Shown here one piece after another: positions 58,681 to 64,000 of a DNA stretch of 64,000 bases. How positions within the stretch are numbered: position 1 is the first letter of the stretch; each line of letters begins with the position of its first letter. The notes beneath the pieces are model-generated. The model was not told where the DNA came from and searched no databases. It saw only the letters and a list, made by a program, of their open reading frames with translations. A program made the translations under genes and the position numbers. Origin of the DNA: a virus; IMG/VR virus record IMGVR_UViG_3300044614_002195, positions 1 through 64,000 of that record; one strand, written 5' to 3'.

Positions 58681-61600
58681 ATGAACGAGTACGGGGATCA
58701 AGTAGGCAGTTTTAGACCATACGGAGCGTTTTCCGAGTATCACAGTATGGGCAGAAACTACGGTGATCCCCGATTAAACATGCTAGGGCAGGTTTTGTTT
58801 GGGCATGCTTACATACCTAAACCAGAAAGCGGGCAAAGCGCATATGACGCCTTTCTTCAAAAAGAAAGATCTATGCATTTTATGAATTTGCAAAAAAGCC
58901 AGTTTGCAAATAACCCTTTTTTTCAATCTATAGGTGTAGGCAAAGATAACAAATTTTTAAAAAGCTTTGGCATGGCAGCTTCGCCGGACAGTACCATCAG
59001 CAGGTTCATGTCACCAATGATGGGAGGAAATCCGATGGCCGCGTCAATGGGTATATACGCTAGCATGGCAGGAGCTGGAGGGATGGGTAATTTTGGAAGA
59101 ATTAGTAGCATTTCTGAGGAAGAAACAGAATCAGTCATGCAGAACATAGCTAGCGAGTTTTATAAAACCCAGAAATACGAAGGCCCTGAAGGTTATAGGG
59201 AAAAACTCAAAAATAAAACTGCCGATTTTCTATCAGATCAATTAAAAACAGGACCTGCCGGCGAGAGATTTCTTCAAGACTTAGGTATAAAAGTAGAAAA
59301 GGATAAAAATGGCAAAGTTACACAAGAAACTAAAGACAGAATACGGAGATTTGATGTAACAGGTACCGAAAGCGATATAGCTCAGGAAGACGTTAAGTCC
59401 ACGGTATCTTCAAATATTAAAGCGGATATTGATAAAGCTATAAAAGAAAGCGATAGTAAAACAAAGAAGGCTCTTGATGAGCGTATTAAAAAGCAGATCT
59501 TGGCGCATGGAGTCGCAGCAGCAGACGAAATAGAAGAAGCCGCCAAAGATACTAGCGGAGTCAAGCTTAAGGAATTAGTTTCCAGGTACGACAGTAAGGG
59601 CGAAGTAAGAACAGGAAAAGAAAGCCAGGCGGCGCGAGAAGAAATAGCCAAAGATTTAGGCACCAGTATAGCTGGCCTTAAAAAAGCCGAAAAGAACTAC
59701 TCCGAGGCTTTAAGTCCTCCAGAAGTCGAGGCCGAAAAACGATCCGACAAGCCCTCCGAAACAACCAGGAAGCTAGTAAACCCTGAAGGAGAAAAACAAG
59801 AAAAAGAGTCCTTTTTTTCGAGGTTTTTAAAAGGATTTACAAAAGAAAAAACAACACAACCAATTGAGCAATCTGCAAAATACGATCCTCTGAAGCAGGA
59901 GGTTGCGCTAGAACAAAGACCTAACGCAGCTACAAAACTTACAAGCCCTTCTGGAGAGCAAAAACAGACTCAAGAGCAATCTGCAAAATACGATACTCTA
60001 AGGTTTGATAAAGATGGTGTATCCCTTGAAGCCTACGGCTCAGGAATTAAAGAGCAATTAACACAGATAAGAAAAGCCAAAGAACTCGGCTTACTCCCAA
60101 AAGAATCGAATGATTTTAATTTCACAGGATACCAGCTTACTGATAAAGAATTAAAACCTATTTTACCTGATGAAAATAGATCTAAGCTTAAGTCTGTATT
60201 GGCTGCCAGGCAGGCTGCAGCGATGATGACCGGAGACACTCAAGAGCTAGAAAAGATTCAAGCGGAGACAAAAGATGTTCTTGAAAAATATCCGAACATA
60301 AAACCAGAAACGGGAACATCCAATCAGCCTAACCAACCCAACCAACCTAACCAACCTAACCAACCCAACCAACCTAACCAACCCAACCAACCTAACCAAC
60401 CCAACCAACCTAACCAACCTAACCAACCTAACCAGGCAAATCGTAAAGCTTTAGAAGATGCTGCACAAGAAAGGAAAAAAGCTAGCTCAGAGGTAGCCAA
60501 GAAGCTTTTAGGTATAGGTGTACCTGAACAAAAGATTAAAGAAATAACATCAGAAGATGGAATCATATCTACGGATAAAGCTGAAGACTTGCTAGACTTC
60601 TATAAAAAAGGAGGTGTAGCTAAGGAAAATACAGGGACAGACGCAAAAAAAATAAGAGACAGTATCGAAGCGCAGAGCTATCTAGCTAACGAGATAGACA
60701 ATTTGGCCAGAGACGTAGATACAGCCAAAGATAGTAAGACTAAAAACATAGCGCAAAAAAGTCTAAAAAATAAACTGCAGAGCCAGCTCGGGTATGCCAG
60801 CAATCAATACCAGGACCTTTTAGATTCCGACGGAAATGTAGATACAGCTAAGGCTAGAAAATATGCAGAAGGAGCTAGAAGTTTAAATCCACTGCAGAGA
60901 GATTTCATGGACGCGCAAAACAAGGCGGACAGATATAATGGGATTAATTTTCAAAATACCCGAGGCTATAAAATAGAAGACTATACAAGTGCTTTCCAAA
61001 AAGCTTCAGAACTTAGAGCTCTAGGTGAAAAGAAATATGCAGATCCAGGGCAGACGGCAAAAGATTTCCAAAAAAATGCAGGGCAGTTCATGGATGCTGC
61101 AAAATCTTTATTTGGAGATAAGTCAGGTGCTGAATTAGTTGAAAGCGCCAGTAAGTTGGTAGGAAAAGATAAATTAGACCTTTCCTCCGCAAAAGGTACA
61201 AGCGAGATAAGCGAGCTGCTCAGAAAGGCAAAGGCAACCGCAAGAGTTGCAAATATGAGCTTGAGTACAATGTTTTCAATCATTGACGCAACTACGGACC
61301 TTGTCAGAAATAATCCTCAGTTGCAGTACATGAGCCAGGCAAGTGTTTCCAACATGGCCTTAAAGTCTATTGAAACTGCCGCAGATCTAGGATCCTCAAT
61401 GGGGGCCGCAGACTACAGAAAACTGGGAGGAGCTCAAGGAATAGCAACTACGGAAGCACAGGAAAATTTAAATTTTGCACAGTCTGAAAAGGGAGGAGCC
61501 ATAGCTGCCTTTATGCTAGCAGGCAAAGGAGTAGACGTGGACCCTCTTACAGGTAAGGACGCTTCAGATAGGATTAAAGATATGTTTGAAGCAGGCGAAT

Positions 61601-63267
61601 TGGACGCTAGAAGCATATATTCAGGAAAAGGATTGGATAAGGTGGCAAAAGAGTTAAAGACAAATATAGCTAGAGTACACACTATTGCGGGTGACGAAAT
61701 AATGCAGCAAGAGGCATTCAAAGACACCAAAATTTCTGACACTATCATGCAAGGCAACAAGAGAGATCGAGTTAACGATTTCTTTACATTAAATGAACAG
61801 CAGGGAGAGCTCTCAAAAGCTGTAGAGCAAGTTAAGGACGCTCAAGGTAATGTACAGTACGATGAGAATGGTAACGTCAAGACTAGGACTGTATATAAAA
61901 ACACTAAAAACAAAGAAGAAACTATAAAGAGGTTCAAAGAAGCCTACGCTAAAGGAGAGAGTATCAGCGACTTCTTTCAAAGAGAGTTTATTACAGGAAA
62001 TACAGGCAACGCTGACGCACAAACCGCAGCCAGACAAAGCAGACTGGCAATCATGGAGGAGATGCTGAACTCGGTCAGGTCCGAACCTGAAAAAGAGCGC
62101 GTTAAAAAGAGGATAAAGGCAGAGGCGGACGCACAAGAGGTAACGTCGAAAAGATTCAGCGCCATACAGGCCCCGGTGGTAACTCAAGCCATCAACGCAT
62201 TCATGCAGGGCAAAGTTGATGGAAATTTGACAGAAGCTTTAACAGGTATATTTGCGATTAAAGGAGAAGACGACGTCAGAGCAGAGCCTTTAAAAAATGC
62301 ACAAAAAGCAATGGAAAGTGCAGCCTCAAAAGTTCAAAAAAATGTAGGCACGCAGCAGGATTTAATTAGAGGAACGGATGTCACTAAAGACATTAATGAT
62401 ATAGTACAAGCAAGAAAAGATGCCGCATTTGCCGAGGGCGACATGGCGCAGGCTTCAAAATTAGGCAATGTAACAAAAGAAGAACTAGAGAACCTTGTAA
62501 ATACCGGCGGAGCTTTAAAAGCAGATCCAAACCTAGACACTGCAGAAAAGCGCAGAGATAGACTAAGCCAGCTTAGAGAAGAAGCTAAAGGAGGGTTTAA
62601 GGGAAGCAGCAAAGAGCAGGCCAGAATTAAAAAAGACATGCTTAAGGCTCTCGAAGCTCATGAGAAGCTAGGTACTCTTGATATCGATGAGGCATTTAAA
62701 GCCGCCAATAGCGGTACGGTTTCTGGTGTATTGGCTGGCGAAGCTATAGCTCACACTGAAACAGAAAAGAAAAAATTACTGCAGGCGTCTAAAAACGAAA
62801 AAGTTAAGACCATGAGTGAAACCCTGACAGAGCAGGCAGGCAGGGTACAGGGAGAATCTTCGGAAGAAATCAAGAAGGCTAGAGAATTCTATATACAGAA
62901 ATATGGAAAAAAGGACGCAGACTCAAAAATGCTTGAGGATTTCACAAAAAGAGGCAAGGAAGGAGACGAGCAAAACGATAAAGATAACTATTTTAGACAA
63001 AAAGAAGTTCAGGAAAAATTAAAAGACACCGGCAAAAAGGGCAAGGGAATGCGCGATTTGAGTGACATATTGACTAACACTCAAGATCAAATACAGGGAG
63101 AAAAAGACAGACTATCAGCGTCAGGCGGAGGAAAAGGGCCAGGAGACGGAGGAGCAGCAGGACTAAATGCAACCATGGAAAAAATAGCGACCATGTTAAG
63201 TGCAGACTCCGGCCTAGGTGGACAATTAGGTCAGCTAGTCATTGCTCTACAGCAACTCAAAAACTAA
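58681..63267 (+). CDS. Tape measure protein
   Basis: 1528-aa helical, charged protein after the chaperone pair. Confidence 0.85.
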   Translation: MNEYGDQVGSFRPYGAFSEYHSMGRNYGDPRLNMLGQVLFGHAYIPKPESGQSAYDAFLQKERSMHFMNLQKSQFANNPFFQSIGVGKDNKFLKSFGMAASPDSTISRFMSPMMGGNPMAASMGIYASMAGAGGMGNFGRISSISEEETESVMQNIASEFYKTQKYEGPEGYREKLKNKTADFLSDQLKTGPAGERFLQDLGIKVEKDKNGKVTQETKDRIRRFDVTGTESDIAQEDVKSTVSSNIKADIDKAIKESDSKTKKALDERIKKQILAHGVAAADEIEEAAKDTSGVKLKELVSRYDSKGEVRTGKESQAAREEIAKDLGTSIAGLKKAEKNYSEALSPPEVEAEKRSDKPSETTRKLVNPEGEKQEKESFFSRFLKGFTKEKTTQPIEQSAKYDPLKQEVALEQRPNAATKLTSPSGEQKQTQEQSAKYDTLRFDKDGVSLEAYGSGIKEQLTQIRKAKELGLLPKESNDFNFTGYQLTDKELKPILPDENRSKLKSVLAARQAAAMMTGDTQELEKIQAETKDVLEKYPNIKPETGTSNQPNQPNQPNQPNQPNQPNQPNQPNQPNQPNQPNQPNQANRKALEDAAQERKKASSEVAKKLLGIGVPEQKIKEITSEDGIISTDKAEDLLDFYKKGGVAKENTGTDAKKIRDSIEAQSYLANEIDNLARDVDTAKDSKTKNIAQKSLKNKLQSQLGYASNQYQDLLDSDGNVDTAKARKYAEGARSLNPLQRDFMDAQNKADRYNGINFQNTRGYKIEDYTSAFQKASELRALGEKKYADPGQTAKDFQKNAGQFMDAAKSLFGDKSGAELVESASKLVGKDKLDLSSAKGTSEISELLRKAKATARVANMSLSTMFSIIDATTDLVRNNPQLQYMSQASVSNMALKSIETAADLGSSMGAADYRKLGGAQGIATTEAQENLNFAQSEKGGAIAAFMLAGKGVDVDPLTGKDASDRIKDMFEAGELDARSIYSGKGLDKVAKELKTNIARVHTIAGDEIMQQEAFKDTKISDTIMQGNKRDRVNDFFTLNEQQGELSKAVEQVKDAQGNVQYDENGNVKTRTVYKNTKNKEETIKRFKEAYAKGESISDFFQREFITGNTGNADAQTAARQSRLAIMEEMLNSVRSEPEKERVKKRIKAEADAQEVTSKRFSAIQAPVVTQAINAFMQGKVDGNLTEALTGIFAIKGEDDVRAEPLKNAQKAMESAASKVQKNVGTQQDLIRGTDVTKDINDIVQARKDAAFAEGDMAQASKLGNVTKEELENLVNTGGALKADPNLDTAEKRRDRLSQLREEAKGGFKGSSKEQARIKKDMLKALEAHEKLGTLDIDEAFKAANSGTVSGVLAGEAIAHTETEKKKLLQASKNEKVKTMSETLTEQAGRVQGESSEEIKKAREFYIQKYGKKDADSKMLEDFTKRGKEGDEQNDKDNYFRQKEVQEKLKDTGKKGKGMRDLSDILTNTQDQIQGEKDRLSASGGGKGPGDGGAAGLNATMEKIATMLSADSGLGGQLGQLVIALQQLKN
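60322..60438 (+). repeat. 9-nt tandem repeat (12 NQP units plus NQA) inside the tape measure gene
   Basis: AACCAACC(T/C) units. Confidence 0.97.
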
Positions 63268-63273
63268 CAACAT

Positions 63274-63717
63274 ATGTCAGCATACCTAGCAACATCAACA
63301 AAGAATGACCTCTATAAATCTGGAGGCACAGCAGATCATTTAATTAAAATATCCGGAGTAGACGATATCGTGGGCGAGGAAGGCTTGGCCATTTACAATA
63401 CAATCACAGGTAAAATAAATGACACCCTGCAGTACTTCTTAACTTACGACGACGTAATTAAAGTTGTGTGGTTTGGCAAGGGTGTAGGCTCTATCACAGC
63501 AGAAGGCACAATGTTTTCAGATTGTGACGGAGATATTCCAGGCATAAATAAATTCCATTCAGCTATATCAGGCTTGAGAGGTACCGTGTCTTCAGCCACA
63601 ATAGGCAGTCTACATTTTGATGTGATGATCACGGACGCCAGCGTATCTGTTTCCGGCGATCCTGACACATTGGCAAACTTTCAGATCACCATGGCCGTCC
63701 TCAACCATAACATGTAA
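63274..63717 (+). CDS. Putative tube-initiator/baseplate protein (tube-like fold)
   Basis: LQYFLTYDDVIKVVWFGKGVGSITAEG; directly after the tape measure gene. Confidence 0.55.
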   Translation: MSAYLATSTKNDLYKSGGTADHLIKISGVDDIVGEEGLAIYNTITGKINDTLQYFLTYDDVIKVVWFGKGVGSITAEGTMFSDCDGDIPGINKFHSAISGLRGTVSSATIGSLHFDVMITDASVSVSGDPDTLANFQITMAVLNHNM

Positions 63718-63722
63718 AACCT

Positions 63723-64000
63723 ATGGTAAATCATTTTGCTACATTATTGATAAATCTAGACCTTAAGGAATTTAACGCCTTACGTGAGCGCTATCTACTT
63801 GCTGATAATTCTGATTTATTATTATTAGCTCAAAGTAATAACGATAGAAGTTATAAAATAGCGCTAGGCGATTATTACACAGAATTAGAATATATGGATA
63901 AGGTGAGTCTGTATATTAATAGAAAGTTTAAAAAAGTAGCACTGCCAGAACCCTTGACCAAATTTTATGAAATGCTTTTTCCAGCCGAAGCATCATTTCA
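63723..64000 (+). CDS. Putative baseplate protein, 3'-truncated by the window edge
   Basis: MVNHFATLLINL... is open to the end of the window. Confidence 0.55.
   Translation, partial: MVNHFATLLINLDLKEFNALRERYLLADNSDLLLLAQSNNDRSYKIALGDYYTELEYMDKVSLYINRKFKKVALPEPLTKFYEMLFPAEASF

Noticed and set aside
60322-60438. CRISPR array or DGR repeats (also considered at 40481, 44998 and the collagen tracts)
   Set aside because: All are in-frame coding tandem repeats without unique spacers. No cas gene, reverse transcriptase or adenine-specific TR/VR pair was seen.
1-64000. Stop-codon reassignment
   Set aside because: Long conserved genes are intact under the standard code. TAG ends nrdA and phoH at their expected C-termini and TGA ends several genes. 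Reading through the beta-mid TAG gives no RpoB-like sequence.

Overview
The window is a segment of a large, AT-rich, contractile-tailed (myovirus-type) bacteriophage genome, truncated inside CDSs at both ends. 1-13 kb holds accessory and nucleotide-metabolism genes (Nudix, DUF6745-like, PhoH, DUF1549-like, GATase/BPL_N-like, nrdA/nrdB, amidase, dCMP deaminase) in short promoter-to-terminator units. 13-26.7 kb is a minus-strand block with a Cys-rich collagen fibre cassette, a SET-domain gene, glycine-zipper head-cargo-like genes and an HUH (Rep-like) ORF. 26.8-64 kb is a plus-strand block with RNA polymerase genes, head genes (assemblin-like protease, scaffolds, decoration protein, HK97-type major capsid) and tail genes (neck, sheath, tube, spike, chaperones, tape measure). 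Main observations: (1) a multisubunit RNA polymerase in four scattered genes (beta-N, beta-mid, a betaC-beta'N fusion with GGDCDGD, beta'-C); (2) eleven TTGnnn-N17-(T/G)Annn(T/C) sigma70-type promoters in front of RNAP and structural genes; (3) a K-x-A motif, often with a shared helical leader, across about 20 putative head proteins, suggesting a herpes-assemblin-like maturation and targeting code; (4) two probable -1 frameshifts; (5) a conserved terminator tail and a candidate structured RNA in the early region. A DUF1549-like gene hints at a PVC-superphylum host. All family calls come from motif recognition by eye; no searches were run. Terminase, portal, DNA polymerase and RNAP alpha/sigma were not found in this window.
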